A DNA stretch of 64,000 bases, from NCBI GenBank assembly GCA_963702425.1, contig CAVPCQ010000019.1:96001-160000 (forward strand), in the 5' to 3' direction. Made by a program: the position numbers and the translations under genes. This document shows positions 52,070 through 61,993 of this stretch, piece by piece. Under the pieces are notes generated by a model that saw only the letters and a program-made list of their open reading frames with translations, was not told where the DNA came from and searched no databases. This DNA is from an uncultured Acidobacteriota bacterium (GTDB taxonomy: Bacteria > Acidobacteriota > Polarisedimenticolia > J045). The first letter of the stretch is position 1. Each line of letters opens with the position of its first letter.

Positions 52070-52888
52070 TCAATCACCCTCCTGCGCCCGACTACGGTAG
52101 TAATCTCCGTATCTGCTGTCCGCGAGGGTCGAACCATCGACCAGGTTGGGTCGAACGTCGTTGAGCACCGTCCCAATCAGCGGCAGCCCTTCCAGCGCCG
52201 TGAGGGCTTCCTCGAACAATGAGCGAGGGGTATGTTCCGAGCGTACTACCAACAGGATGGCGTCGGCCACAGCGCCCAGCAGAATCGCATCCTGAAACGG
52301 CATCAACGGAGGGGTGTCGATCACGATCTGGTCGAAGGTCCTGCGCAACTCATCAATCATCTCCCGCATCTGTTGTCCGCCGAAGTGGATGGTGGGGTCC
52401 GCCAGTGGGGATCCGGCACCGAGCACGGCAAGAGTGGAATCCGGGAGCGTCACCCAAGCCTGGCCGAGCGGCAGCCCGGCCGACAGAACGTCAGCGAGAC
52501 CGACGCTGAGCGGAGGAACGGTCCAGCGGGTGGGGCCCGGCTTGCGCAGGTCCGCGTCGATCAGCAGCGTTCGAGTTCCCAGCTTCATTGAGCAGGCCAA
52601 AGCGAGATTGAGCGCAACCAGCGACTTCCCGTCACCGCTCGTCGGGCTCGTGACCATGACGACGGCGCGCGATGACGCCCCTCCCAGCCCGATGATCGAC
52701 CGCAAGCGGCGGAACTGCTCCGCCGCCGGCGACGCCGGCCCCGCCTCGACAGCGATAGAAACACCCTTGCGAAGACGATGGCCCGGTGGCGTCGGCGGCG
52801 TTTCAGATCCACGGCGCTCGCGCGGACTAGCCGTCGACTCCACGCCGGAGCCGGGGTCGGGATGCGGTGAGTCTCGGTCCGACAGCAT
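52070..52888 (-). CDS. CpsD/CapB BY-kinase (split Wzc cytoplasmic domain)
   Basis: AEQFRRLR, TSPTSGDGKS, IDADLRKP, IDTPP, Tyr cluster YGDYY. Confidence 0.92.
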   Translation of the reverse strand: MLSDRDSPHPDPGSGVESTASPRERRGSETPPTPPGHRLRKGVSIAVEAGPASPAAEQFRRLRSIIGLGGASSRAVVMVTSPTSGDGKSLVALNLALACSMKLGTRTLLIDADLRKPGPTRWTVPPLSVGLADVLSAGLPLGQAWVTLPDSTLAVLGAGSPLADPTIHFGGQQMREMIDELRRTFDQIVIDTPPLMPFQDAILLGAVADAILLVVRSEHTPRSLFEEALTALEGLPLIGTVLNDVRPNLVDGSTLADSRYGDYYRSRAQEGD

Positions 52889-52901
52889 GGCAGGCACACT
52901 C

Positions 52902-54422
52902 TCAGCGCGGGAAAAGGACCACGGCGGCGGCGAATAGGAGCGCGGAGACGAGGGAGGCTGTCAGGTTCCAGAGGTAGCGGCGCAACCGCCGGGCCCGCAT
53001 CTCGGGGGTCATGATCCGTCCGATCACCACGAGCACCGGGACGGGTGCCAAGAGCCGGAGGCCGGTCCGCGAGAAGATCTTCGGGGCCAGGAGGGCCGAA
53101 AAGACGATCGGCGCGACCATCAGCGCACACCCTGTTGCGACCCCGAGCAGCAAGACGATCTGCGGCACCGGTCTGATCGGACGCAGCGGCGGGACGGCCC
53201 TCTCCATGACCTGGAACTGCTCACCCAGGCGGACTTCCTCGACCTTCTCCGAGCCCCGGGCCGATTCGAGCATGCCTTGATAATACTTGAACTTTTCCTT
53301 CAGCACGTCGTAGCCCTTGGTCAGCTCGGCGAGCTGCTGTTCCACGTTTGGCGTATTCTCGATGCGCCGCTGGTACAGCGCGATGTCCGCGCGAATCCGT
53401 GACCTATCCTCAGTCAGGCGTGCGATCTCACGCTCCGCGGACCGAAGTTGAGCTGTGAGTGAAGCGCCGACGCCGCTTGTTGCAGCGGAGTCGCTTGGGG
53501 CCGCGTCGCCGGCTGCAGCGATCGAATCCTGCAACTCGGCGATCTGGCGTTGGTGGGCGCGGACGGCCGGGTGCGCGTCAGAATAGCGAGACCGCAGCGC
53601 GTCCAACTCGGTGCGTAGACGGGCCAGCTGTGCAGCAGGCGATTCCGCTGTGCCGGAGCCCGCCGGAACAGCGGGCGCTTCCGCCAGTGCCCGAAGCTGC
53701 GCCGCCAGCAGATCCCGGCGATCCACCGCCTGAGCCAACTCACGCTCGTTGTTCTCGAGTCCGTTCTGGCGGCCCTCCAGGAGTCGGATGTTCGCTTCCA
53801 TCTGATCAACGGAATCGTAGAGGTGCCGACCTTTGAACTCGGCGATCGTCTGCTCTTGCCGCTCCAATTCCGCGCGGGTCTCGTCGGCCAGGGACACCAT
53901 GACCGAAGTGGTCGTGCGCGCTGCGGCGGAGCGCGCACGCAGGTTCTCCTCGATGAATAGCTCGCCGAGCGTGTTGACAAGCCGGGCGGTTCGCTCGGGA
54001 TCGCTGTCACGGTAGGTCAGGGCGAACACGCCGGTGCCGCGCTGGGCGTCGAAACGGATGATCTCCGCCGTCAGCCGTCCACGGATCTCGTCGAAGAGCT
54101 CCAGCCGCTCTGCTTCTTCCGCAGACTTGCCGAATACATCCGCCGCGAGCCGGACCAGATAAGGGCGGCTGAGTACCGCCTCTCGTAGCGAGGCGAGCCG
54201 CATGCCCATGTCGTCGGTGACCTGGCTTCGGACCATTTGAAGCGGGATCTGGGATGGGGCCACGAAGATCGTGGTCGTCGCCTCGTAAGTCTTGGGGGAA
54301 ACCCGCAGCAGTGCCGTAGCACCGAGCAGGCCGATCGCTGCACCGAAGACCAGCGTCCACCAGGACACCAGGATTCGATCGGCGATCTCGAGGATTGGCG
54401 CCAGTTTGGGCGTGACCATCAT
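52902..54422 (-). CDS. Polysaccharide chain-length determinant (GumC/Wzc-N)
   Basis: Two TM helices around a coiled coil; PKTYEA, RYSDAHP, P.VEQQLAEL, PLRPIRP. Confidence 0.9.
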   Translation of the reverse strand: MMVTPKLAPILEIADRILVSWWTLVFGAAIGLLGATALLRVSPKTYEATTTIFVAPSQIPLQMVRSQVTDDMGMRLASLREAVLSRPYLVRLAADVFGKSAEEAERLELFDEIRGRLTAEIIRFDAQRGTGVFALTYRDSDPERTARLVNTLGELFIEENLRARSAAARTTTSVMVSLADETRAELERQEQTIAEFKGRHLYDSVDQMEANIRLLEGRQNGLENNERELAQAVDRRDLLAAQLRALAEAPAVPAGSGTAESPAAQLARLRTELDALRSRYSDAHPAVRAHQRQIAELQDSIAAAGDAAPSDSAATSGVGASLTAQLRSAEREIARLTEDRSRIRADIALYQRRIENTPNVEQQLAELTKGYDVLKEKFKYYQGMLESARGSEKVEEVRLGEQFQVMERAVPPLRPIRPVPQIVLLLGVATGCALMVAPIVFSALLAPKIFSRTGLRLLAPVPVLVVIGRIMTPEMRARRLRRYLWNLTASLVSALLFAAAVVLFPR

Positions 54423-54700
54423 GCGTGGGACTTCGCTTCTCCTCGACCCTTTGGTGGCCGGTCCGGCGCTTCGTACAATAGGGCAAACTACCGGCGCGGG
54501 CCAGCGCATGCGGCCGGAAGGCGCAGTGGGGGGCGGCCCGGCGAACGCCCGTCTCACCGGCTCCGGAATGGCGACCCAGCGCCGCGGGACAGCAGCCCTG
54601 CCGAGGATCGCTCCGAGCAGGCGCGAATCACGCGGTACGCGACGACTGAGAGGGCCCGCGAGGCGGTGTACAATGCCATTCGCGCTCTTCACCGCGCCGC

Positions 54701-55768
54701 ATGGAATCCGGCACTGAGAGCAGGAGGATTGACGTGGCCGTCGTAGTCAGCGAGGCCACTAACGTCGACGCCGAAGCCTGGGATGCATTTGTCGCGGTAG
54801 CCCTCCGGGCCACCTCCTACCAGCGCTGGGCGTGGCAACGCATCTATAAGAACGAGTTCGGGCTCGAGGCGTACTACCTGATCGCGAGGGAGGAGGGGGC
54901 CATCTGCGGCATCCTGCCCTTGGTTCGGCAGTCGAATCCGGTGCAAGGACCCTACCTGGTATCGCTCCCCTTCGTGAATTACGCCGGGTTACTGGCCAGC
55001 GGACCGGCATCGACTCCGGCGTTGCTGGCGTACGCAGAGGGGCTCGGGCGCGCGATCGGTGCCCGCCATACGGAGCTTCGGCCGATGCCCGGCGCCGACC
55101 TGAAGTTGCCGCACACCCTGCGGAAGGTCCGCGCCAGCCTGGTTCTGCCCACTCGCCCCGACGAACTCTGGAAGCAGCTCGGTTCCAAGCTGCGTTCCCA
55201 GATCAAGCGGCCGCAGAAGGAGGGGATGACGGTGGAAGAGGGGGGTGTCGAGCTGCTGGACGATTTCTATCGCGTTCTGTCCGTGAAATGGCGCGACCTT
55301 GGCTCCCCCCTCTTTCACAAGGGGTTCTTCGATGCCCTGCTCAGGACCTTCGGCGGCGAAAACCGCATCTTCGTTGTGCGTTATAGGGGCACCGCCGTCG
55401 CTGCCGGTTGGCTGAACTGCTTCCGGTCGACCTCTGAGATGATGTGGGCGGGTACCCTGCCTCGCTACGACCGGCTGAGCCCAAACATGCTCCTCTATTG
55501 GAAGGCGCTGGCCAGTTCGATCGAGCGGGGCGACGCGATCTTCGATTTCGGACGGTCGACTGCTGACAGCGGGACCCACCGTTTCAAGATGCAATGGGGC
55601 TCGGTTTCGGAGCCGTTGCCATGGTATTACCTTGCAGCCGGCGTCGCATCCGTCGCTGGGACCACGGAAGGCCGAGCGGCGGCCTTGCTCCGCCGGGCTT
55701 GGAAACGCCTACCCCTTTCGATCACGCAGTCGCTGGGTCCTCATCTAGCACGAAGGCTGCCGCTATGA
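54701..55768 (+). CDS. FemAB-related GNAT protein (XrtA/PEP-CTERM-associated type)
   Basis: GILPL, SLPFVNYAG, KLRSQIKR, PNMLLYW, FDFGRS, FKMQWG. Confidence 0.88.
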   Translation: MESGTESRRIDVAVVVSEATNVDAEAWDAFVAVALRATSYQRWAWQRIYKNEFGLEAYYLIAREEGAICGILPLVRQSNPVQGPYLVSLPFVNYAGLLASGPASTPALLAYAEGLGRAIGARHTELRPMPGADLKLPHTLRKVRASLVLPTRPDELWKQLGSKLRSQIKRPQKEGMTVEEGGVELLDDFYRVLSVKWRDLGSPLFHKGFFDALLRTFGGENRIFVVRYRGTAVAAGWLNCFRSTSEMMWAGTLPRYDRLSPNMLLYWKALASSIERGDAIFDFGRSTADSGTHRFKMQWGSVSEPLPWYYLAAGVASVAGTTEGRAAALLRRAWKRLPLSITQSLGPHLARRLPL

Positions 55769-55802
55769 AGCGGGGACGCAGTGATCGCGTCCGCGATGAA
55801 CG

Positions 55803-57017
55803 GTGCAGACGCCACTTCCGGGACCCAGTCCCGACGGAGAGGAGTTGATGTCCTCACCGGTCTCTCGCCGCCGCGGGCCGTTGCGCGTGCTTCACTTGCG
55901 GGACACGGACCGCTTGTGCGGGCCGGGCAAGACGATCCGGGAGACAGTGAGACTCAACAGCGATGTCGACGTCTCCTACGAGGTGGCCGCATTCGGTGCC
56001 GCAGATCAGAACCCGTTCCTTCGGGCGATGGCACCCTATTGCCCAGTGTTCGGACTCCCCGATGGCGCCGCGGGCATGGTCCGAGGGATCGTCGAAGTGG
56101 CGAGGCACATCCGCAGGGAGAACATCGCGTTGATCCACGCGCACGAGTTCCGAACCGACGTGCTTTCAGTCTTGGTGGGAGCGCTGACTCGGGTCCCTGT
56201 TGTCACCACGTTGCACGGTTTCATTCCGATCGATCCCAAGCGAGCGCTGTATCGCCAACTGAACCTCCTCTTGATGCGCCGCATGAGGGCCGTGTTTGCC
56301 GTTTCCAGGGCCATGGAGCGTGAGTTGGTCCAGCGCGGCTTGAACCCCGCTCGGATCAAGCTGGTGCGGAACTGCATTGCGCTGGAGTCGTATCCTGCCG
56401 GGTACCGCTCGCACGCCTTGCGTGGTCTGCCTGGGCTGGCGGAACCGGCGCTGCTCGTCGGTCACGTCGGGCGTATGAGCGCGGAGAAGGGACAACGCGA
56501 ACTCGCCAAGGTGTTCCCACAGGTACTGGCGCAACTGCCCCACGCGCGGTTGATCTTCGTGGGGGATGGTCCGGATGTCGACCTCGTGCGCGAACTGGCC
56601 GCCCGGGGCGCCGCGGCCGAGGCGATCCGCCTCCTCGGTTACCGCAACGACATCAAGGAGATCTTCGGCGACCTCGACCTGCTCGTGCTCAACTCGACCA
56701 CCGAAGGCCTTCCGAACGTTGTCCTCGAGGCCATGGCCCTCGGCGTGCCGGTCGTGGCCACGTCGGTCGGTGGAACCCCCGAGTTGATCCAAGACGGCGC
56801 CACGGGCTGGCTCGTCCCTGTCCACGATTCGCTCAGCCTGGTGGAGGCGATCGTCCACGCCCTCTCGGACCGCCAGGAGGCCCGCCAGCGTGCCGCGCGC
56901 GGGCGCCGAACGGTTGAGTCGGAGTTCGACATGCCGGTCCTGATTCGACGCACCCACGAGATCTACCGCGAGCTGCTGGGCAGGAATGGAGGGGAAGATG
57001 GCCGCACGCCACAATAG
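55803..57017 (+). CDS. GT4 glycosyltransferase (start may be 55848)
   Basis: GPGKTI, VGRMSAEKG, EGLPNVVLEAMA. Confidence 0.92.
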   Translation: MQTPLPGPSPDGEELMSSPVSRRRGPLRVLHLRDTDRLCGPGKTIRETVRLNSDVDVSYEVAAFGAADQNPFLRAMAPYCPVFGLPDGAAGMVRGIVEVARHIRRENIALIHAHEFRTDVLSVLVGALTRVPVVTTLHGFIPIDPKRALYRQLNLLLMRRMRAVFAVSRAMERELVQRGLNPARIKLVRNCIALESYPAGYRSHALRGLPGLAEPALLVGHVGRMSAEKGQRELAKVFPQVLAQLPHARLIFVGDGPDVDLVRELAARGAAAEAIRLLGYRNDIKEIFGDLDLLVLNSTTEGLPNVVLEAMALGVPVVATSVGGTPELIQDGATGWLVPVHDSLSLVEAIVHALSDRQEARQRAARGRRTVESEFDMPVLIRRTHEIYRELLGRNGGEDGRTPQ

Positions 57018-57233
57018 CTGGTTTGTCCGTCGATTCTCGGTTCCTCCAATCCCCTCAGCGCAACCGCTCAGGGCTGGCTCCCGAGCAGCGGCGCGCCCGG
57101 GAACTCTGCCGTATTGTCCACGAAGTCACCCGGGCGGAACGGGAACGACGACGGGCCGGTCCGGCAATCGGACGCCAGGTATTGTGACCGTGCCCTTCAA
57201 GTACCTGGCGCTAGGGTGAGGGGGTCGGGGCGC

Positions 57234-58628
57234 ATGTCGTTGCGCGACAGAGTGTTTGAAGCAAGCCCGCACTCGATTCGCGTGCTCGGGTTCAACGCCT
57301 ATGCGGTGCGACTGCGCTGGCAGCGAGAACGCGGCCCCCTGCGCCAGCGCATCGACCAACTCGAGGCAGTGGATCGCCTCGGCCGTTCCCTGGTCGCCTC
57401 CTATCAACTCGAGCAGCTCAACGCGCTCCTGAGCTGGGCCCGCGAACGTGTGCCCTACTATCGTGAGAGTCCGGAGTATTCGACGCTCCCCGCTTTGTCG
57501 AGCCTCGACGACCTGGATCGGTTACCCAAGTTGCAGCGGCGCGTCATTCAGTCGCAGCAGCACCGCTTGCATGCCGAGAGGACGAGCCTGCACCACGGGC
57601 ACACGAGTGGAACGACGGGCAGCCCACTCCAGCTTGTCTACGATCTGCCCCAGCGCGTGTGGAACCGCGCCGCTGAAAAGATCGTACGGATACGGGCCGG
57701 CCTCTCTCCCGCTGACCGTGTCGCCGTGGTCTGGGGACGTCGCCTGATCGCAGCGGACCGGACAACCGCTCCGTTCTGGATCCCGAACTGGGCTGATCAC
57801 GAGCTCTGGCTCTCGGCGTTCCACATCTCGCCGAAGACGGCGTCGGTCTACTTCGATGCCATCGCGAGATTCCGCAGCTCTGCGTTGGAGACCTATCCGT
57901 CGATCGCGTACCTGCTGGCCTGCCTGGCGCGCGATCAGAAGATCCGCGTTCGGATTCCTCGCGTATTGACCACCTCAGAGACGCTCTTTCCCTTTCAACG
58001 GGCGCTGATCGAAGAGGTCTTCGGGGCCGAGGTGTTCGACTACTACGGCTGCGCAGAGCGCGTCGCGTTCGCGGTGGAGTGCCGGCGCCACGATGGACTG
58101 CACCTTCTCGAGGGCTATGGCTACGTTGAGCCGACTGTTTCCGGGCAGCGGGAGGGAGGCAAGCCGCTGGTGGCCACTGGCCTGACGAATCGCGGCATGC
58201 CGCTCCTGCGCTACGAGATGCACGACGTGACCGAGGTCCTGGAGGAGCCCTGCCCTTGCGGGCTTGCCAGCCGTCGGCTGGCCCCGGTGACGACCAAGCG
58301 AGAAGACGCGCTCGTCACACCCGATGGACGTCTTGTCAGCTCCTCCGTTCTGACACACCCGTTCAAGCCGCTGGTGGGTGTCCGACGATCGCAGATCGAG
58401 CAGGAAGCGCTGGACCGTGTCGTGGTCCGGCTGGAGACGACGACGGGATTCGACGAACGTCAGTCTCAGGGCTTGCTCGCAGAGCTGCAGGAGCGTCTGG
58501 GGGTGGGCGTCGCGATCAGCATTGTGACGGTCGACGAGATTGCCCAGGAATCGAGTGGCAAGTTCCGCTGGGTGATCAGCCGTGTGAAGGGACCGCACCA
58601 GATCGGAGAGCTGGGAGGACGATCGTGA
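57234..58628 (+). CDS. Second CapK/phenylacetate-CoA ligase-like enzyme
   Basis: VPYYR, TSGTTGSP, DYYGCAE, MPLLRY, SGKFRWVI. Confidence 0.9.
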   Translation: MSLRDRVFEASPHSIRVLGFNAYAVRLRWQRERGPLRQRIDQLEAVDRLGRSLVASYQLEQLNALLSWARERVPYYRESPEYSTLPALSSLDDLDRLPKLQRRVIQSQQHRLHAERTSLHHGHTSGTTGSPLQLVYDLPQRVWNRAAEKIVRIRAGLSPADRVAVVWGRRLIAADRTTAPFWIPNWADHELWLSAFHISPKTASVYFDAIARFRSSALETYPSIAYLLACLARDQKIRVRIPRVLTTSETLFPFQRALIEEVFGAEVFDYYGCAERVAFAVECRRHDGLHLLEGYGYVEPTVSGQREGGKPLVATGLTNRGMPLLRYEMHDVTEVLEEPCPCGLASRRLAPVTTKREDALVTPDGRLVSSSVLTHPFKPLVGVRRSQIEQEALDRVVVRLETTTGFDERQSQGLLAELQERLGVGVAISIVTVDEIAQESSGKFRWVISRVKGPHQIGELGGRS

Positions 58629-58653
58629 TTCGCCGGCGCGGCGTCGAGCGTCC

Positions 58654-59883
58654 GTGATGAAGCTCCTGTGGGTAGGACACTTCCTGCCCTGGCCGCTCCG
58701 GGGCGGCTCGAACATCCGCTCGTATCACCTGATTCGCGAGGCCGCTCGAGGAGCCGAGGTCTCCCTACTGAGTTTCAATCAGCGGGATCTTCTCGGCGAT
58801 GAGCAGTGCGTCCGGGAGGCCGAGCGTGCGCTCCTGGAACATTGTGTTCGGGTAAAGTCCCTTCCCATCCCGGCGGAAGCAGGCCGGCTGCACCGCGAGC
58901 GGGTCGCACTCCGGAGCCTGTTGCGCGGCGCCTACGATGAGGTGTGGTTCTCCTCCTTCGCAATGCGCCAGGCGATCGCGGACGAATGGCACCGGTTCGC
59001 TCCCGACGTCGTGCACTTCGACACGGTTGGCTTGGCGCAGTATGCGGAGACAGTCCCCGGTCCGGGCCGAGTACTGAACCACCACAACGTGGAATCCCAC
59101 ATGATGCGCCGGCGCGCGGAACAGGAGCGCCGGGGCCCGCGTAAAGTGTTCATGGCTCTGCAGGCGCGCCGTCTGGCGGACCTGGAACGGCGCGTGGCCC
59201 CGTGGTTGGCCGCGCACCTCGTGGTCTCGGACCTCGACCGCGAGCGGCTGGCAGCGGTCATTCCCGCCGCACGCTCCTTCGTAATCCCCAACGGCGTCGA
59301 CCTGGAGTACTTTGCCCCGGTCCCGCCCACACGCACGTGTCGTCCCGAATCGACGATCTTCGTCGGGGGGCTCAACTGGTACCCGAACCTCAAGGCGGCG
59401 CGCTGGTTTCTGGATCAGGTCTTCCCTCGCGTCGTCGAGTCGCATCCCGCGGCCACATTCACGCTCATCGGCCGGGATCCACCGGGGGACTTGCAGCAGC
59501 GCGCCGCGCGAGACTCGCGCGTCCGCGTGCTGGGTGAGGTGGAGGATATCAGGACGCACGTGCGCGATTGCGCGGTGTACGTTTGCCCGATCCACGACGG
59601 CGGTGGCACTCGGCTGAAGATCCTCGACACGCTGGCCCAGGCGATGCCGTTGGTCGCGACCCGCATGGCGGTCGAAGGGGTCGGCGTGGAAGACGGTGTC
59701 CACGCCGTACTGGCGGACGATGCCGCGGGCTTCGCCTCCGCAGTGAGCCGGTTGTTTCGCGAACCCGCGCAGGGAGCGGCGCTGGGTCGTGCCGGGCGCG
59801 AACTCGTGTCCCGTGATTTCAGCTGGGACAGGATCGGCCGTGATCTGCGAGCGGTCTACGCCGCGGCGGCTGGGAGGGGTTGA
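58654..59883 (+). CDS. GT4 glycosyltransferase
   Basis: PWPLRGG, HNVES, IPNGVD, GGGTRLKIL. Confidence 0.9.
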   Translation: MMKLLWVGHFLPWPLRGGSNIRSYHLIREAARGAEVSLLSFNQRDLLGDEQCVREAERALLEHCVRVKSLPIPAEAGRLHRERVALRSLLRGAYDEVWFSSFAMRQAIADEWHRFAPDVVHFDTVGLAQYAETVPGPGRVLNHHNVESHMMRRRAEQERRGPRKVFMALQARRLADLERRVAPWLAAHLVVSDLDRERLAAVIPAARSFVIPNGVDLEYFAPVPPTRTCRPESTIFVGGLNWYPNLKAARWFLDQVFPRVVESHPAATFTLIGRDPPGDLQQRAARDSRVRVLGEVEDIRTHVRDCAVYVCPIHDGGGTRLKILDTLAQAMPLVATRMAVEGVGVEDGVHAVLADDAAGFASAVSRLFREPAQGAALGRAGRELVSRDFSWDRIGRDLRAVYAAAAGRG

Positions 59884-59888
59884 GCGCA

Positions 59889-61769
59889 ATGTGTGGACTC
59901 GTCGCCTGGTTGCGGAGGAATCATCCCCAAGCGGTTGAGCGGGACGTGCTGGAACGAGCCACCGCGCTGCTGGCCCACCGAGGGCCGGATGACTCGGGAA
60001 TCCTGGTGGATGGCGAGGCGGGCCTTGGGCACCGCAGACTCTCCGTAATCGACCTGGCAGGAGGCCATCAGCCGATGGTCGGCCCCTCCGGCAGGACCTG
60101 GATCGCGTACAACGGAGAGGTTTTCAACTTCCGAGAGCTGCGCGGTGAGCTCGAGGGACGCGGAGTGCGATTCAGCACCTCGTCGGATACCGAGGTGCTG
60201 ATCGGGTTATACGAGGAATTCGGCGTCGAGTTCGTGCAGCGGCTCAACGGGATGTTCGCCGCAGCGATCTGGGATCAGCGCGACCGCTCGCTCGTGTTGA
60301 TTCGAGACCGCCTGGGGGTCAAGCCGCTCTACGTGTGGGAGAGTCCCGACGGCGTCGTCGCCGCCTCGGAGATCAAGGCGATCCTGGCTTTTCCGGGCGC
60401 TCCCCGCCAGCTCGAACCCGAATCCCTGGCCGAATTCGTGCGATTTCGTCAACTGAGCGGTGGTCGGACGATGTTTGCCGGCGTCCGGGCGATGGAACCG
60501 GGGACCGTTGAGGTCTTTCGCCGGGACGCTCACCGGGTCACGCGCTACTGGACCCTGCCACGCCCGGAACCAGCGAGGGCGCCACGCGACCCGCGCGCTG
60601 TGGCGGAGGAGCTGCGAGCACTATTGACCGACGCAGTCCGGTTGCGCCTGGTAGCCGATGTCCCGCTGGGCTCATTCAACAGCGGTGGATTGGATTCGAG
60701 CCTGGTGACCTCGCTGATGGCTCGCGAGGTCAGCGAACCAGTGCGCACCTTCGCCGTAGGCTTCGAGGATCCAGCCTGGGACGAGCGACCTCACGCGCGC
60801 CGCCTGGCGGACGGGCTCAACGTGCTGCACGAGGAGGTGGTTGCCGATGCGGCGGGGTTCGCCCGCGAGCTGCCGTCCAGCATCTGGCACCACGACGAGC
60901 CGCTCAATCACGCGAACTCGGTGCTGATCCGGCGCTTGAGTTGGTACGCTCGCCAGAAAGTGACAGTGGTCCTGACCGGCGAGGGGGCGGACGAGTTCTT
61001 CTCCGGCTATCCCCGGTACCGCCTGCTCAAAGCGCTGGGGACGCTGCGCCGCTGCGGGGCGTGGCCCGAGGCGTTGCTGGCGCCGATGCTGCGGCCTCTG
61101 CGCCAGCGCAAGGCACAGATGATCGCCGGGGTACTTGGGCAGCCGGACGACGTCCTTATTGCAGAGAATGCCGGATATGTCCTGAACCGCGATCTGATCG
61201 GGCTCTGCAACGGCGAGCCGCTTGCTGCGCGTCTGGCCCTGGTGCCGAGGGACGAGGACTTGCTCTGGCGTCTGATGGCCTTCGAGTCCGTCACGTACCT
61301 GCACAACGTGCTCGAACGTATGGACAAGATGTCGATGGCCCATGGCCTCGAAGCGCGCGTGCCATTCCTCGACTACCGCATTGTCGAGTTCGCCGCACGC
61401 TTGCCGTCAAATGTGCGCGCCCCGGGCTTGCAACGAAAGGCGTTGGTCAAGGCCGCGGCGCGCGGCCTGGTGCCAGACGACATCATCGACCGGCCCAAGT
61501 CCGGGTTCGGAGTGCCTCTCGCGCAGTGGATGCGCCAGGACTCTGCCCTGGGCTGCTACCTCGACATGCTGCTCGAAGCGAGAACGTCGCAGCGGGGGTG
61601 GTGGGATAACCTGCGGCTGCAACGGCTGGTGAAGGAGCACCGCGACGGTGCCGATCACAGCGAGCTACTGTGGGGAATCACGAACTGCGAGCTGTGGGCG
61701 CGGAAATTGTTGGATCAGTCCGATCCGGGCGGCGGTGGCGCAGTCGACCTGGGCCCGGGAACCCGTTGA
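59889..61769 (+). CDS. asnB: Asparagine synthase (glutamine-hydrolysing)-type amidotransferase
   Basis: MCG N-terminus, HRGPDD, HRRLSVID, NGE, RDRLGVKPLY, SGGLDSS, TGEGADE, EARVPFLD. Confidence 0.93.
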   Translation: MCGLVAWLRRNHPQAVERDVLERATALLAHRGPDDSGILVDGEAGLGHRRLSVIDLAGGHQPMVGPSGRTWIAYNGEVFNFRELRGELEGRGVRFSTSSDTEVLIGLYEEFGVEFVQRLNGMFAAAIWDQRDRSLVLIRDRLGVKPLYVWESPDGVVAASEIKAILAFPGAPRQLEPESLAEFVRFRQLSGGRTMFAGVRAMEPGTVEVFRRDAHRVTRYWTLPRPEPARAPRDPRAVAEELRALLTDAVRLRLVADVPLGSFNSGGLDSSLVTSLMAREVSEPVRTFAVGFEDPAWDERPHARRLADGLNVLHEEVVADAAGFARELPSSIWHHDEPLNHANSVLIRRLSWYARQKVTVVLTGEGADEFFSGYPRYRLLKALGTLRRCGAWPEALLAPMLRPLRQRKAQMIAGVLGQPDDVLIAENAGYVLNRDLIGLCNGEPLAARLALVPRDEDLLWRLMAFESVTYLHNVLERMDKMSMAHGLEARVPFLDYRIVEFAARLPSNVRAPGLQRKALVKAAARGLVPDDIIDRPKSGFGVPLAQWMRQDSALGCYLDMLLEARTSQRGWWDNLRLQRLVKEHRDGADHSELLWGITNCELWARKLLDQSDPGGGGAVDLGPGTR

Positions 61770-61993
61770 GACGAGGTCCGCGGACGCGGGGTGATCCGAC
61801 CATTGGCCCGTTTCCCCTCCGGCGTGAGTCGAACGGCCCGGCAGGCTCAACGACACGACGCGGGCGCTCTTCTTGCCCTGCGACCGCCGCGGGACGATCC
61901 GCGAGATCGCGCGCGCGAGGATCGAGCGATTCAAGGTCACGGAACACCAGGCGCACGGCGACGCGCGGGCCACGCTGTCGAAGTCGGCCGCTC

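Noticed and set aside
59889-61769. AsnB as a lasso cyclase
   Set aside because: It retains the N-terminal Cys and a full glutaminase domain and sits in a glycosyltransferase operon; no lasso peptidase is in the window
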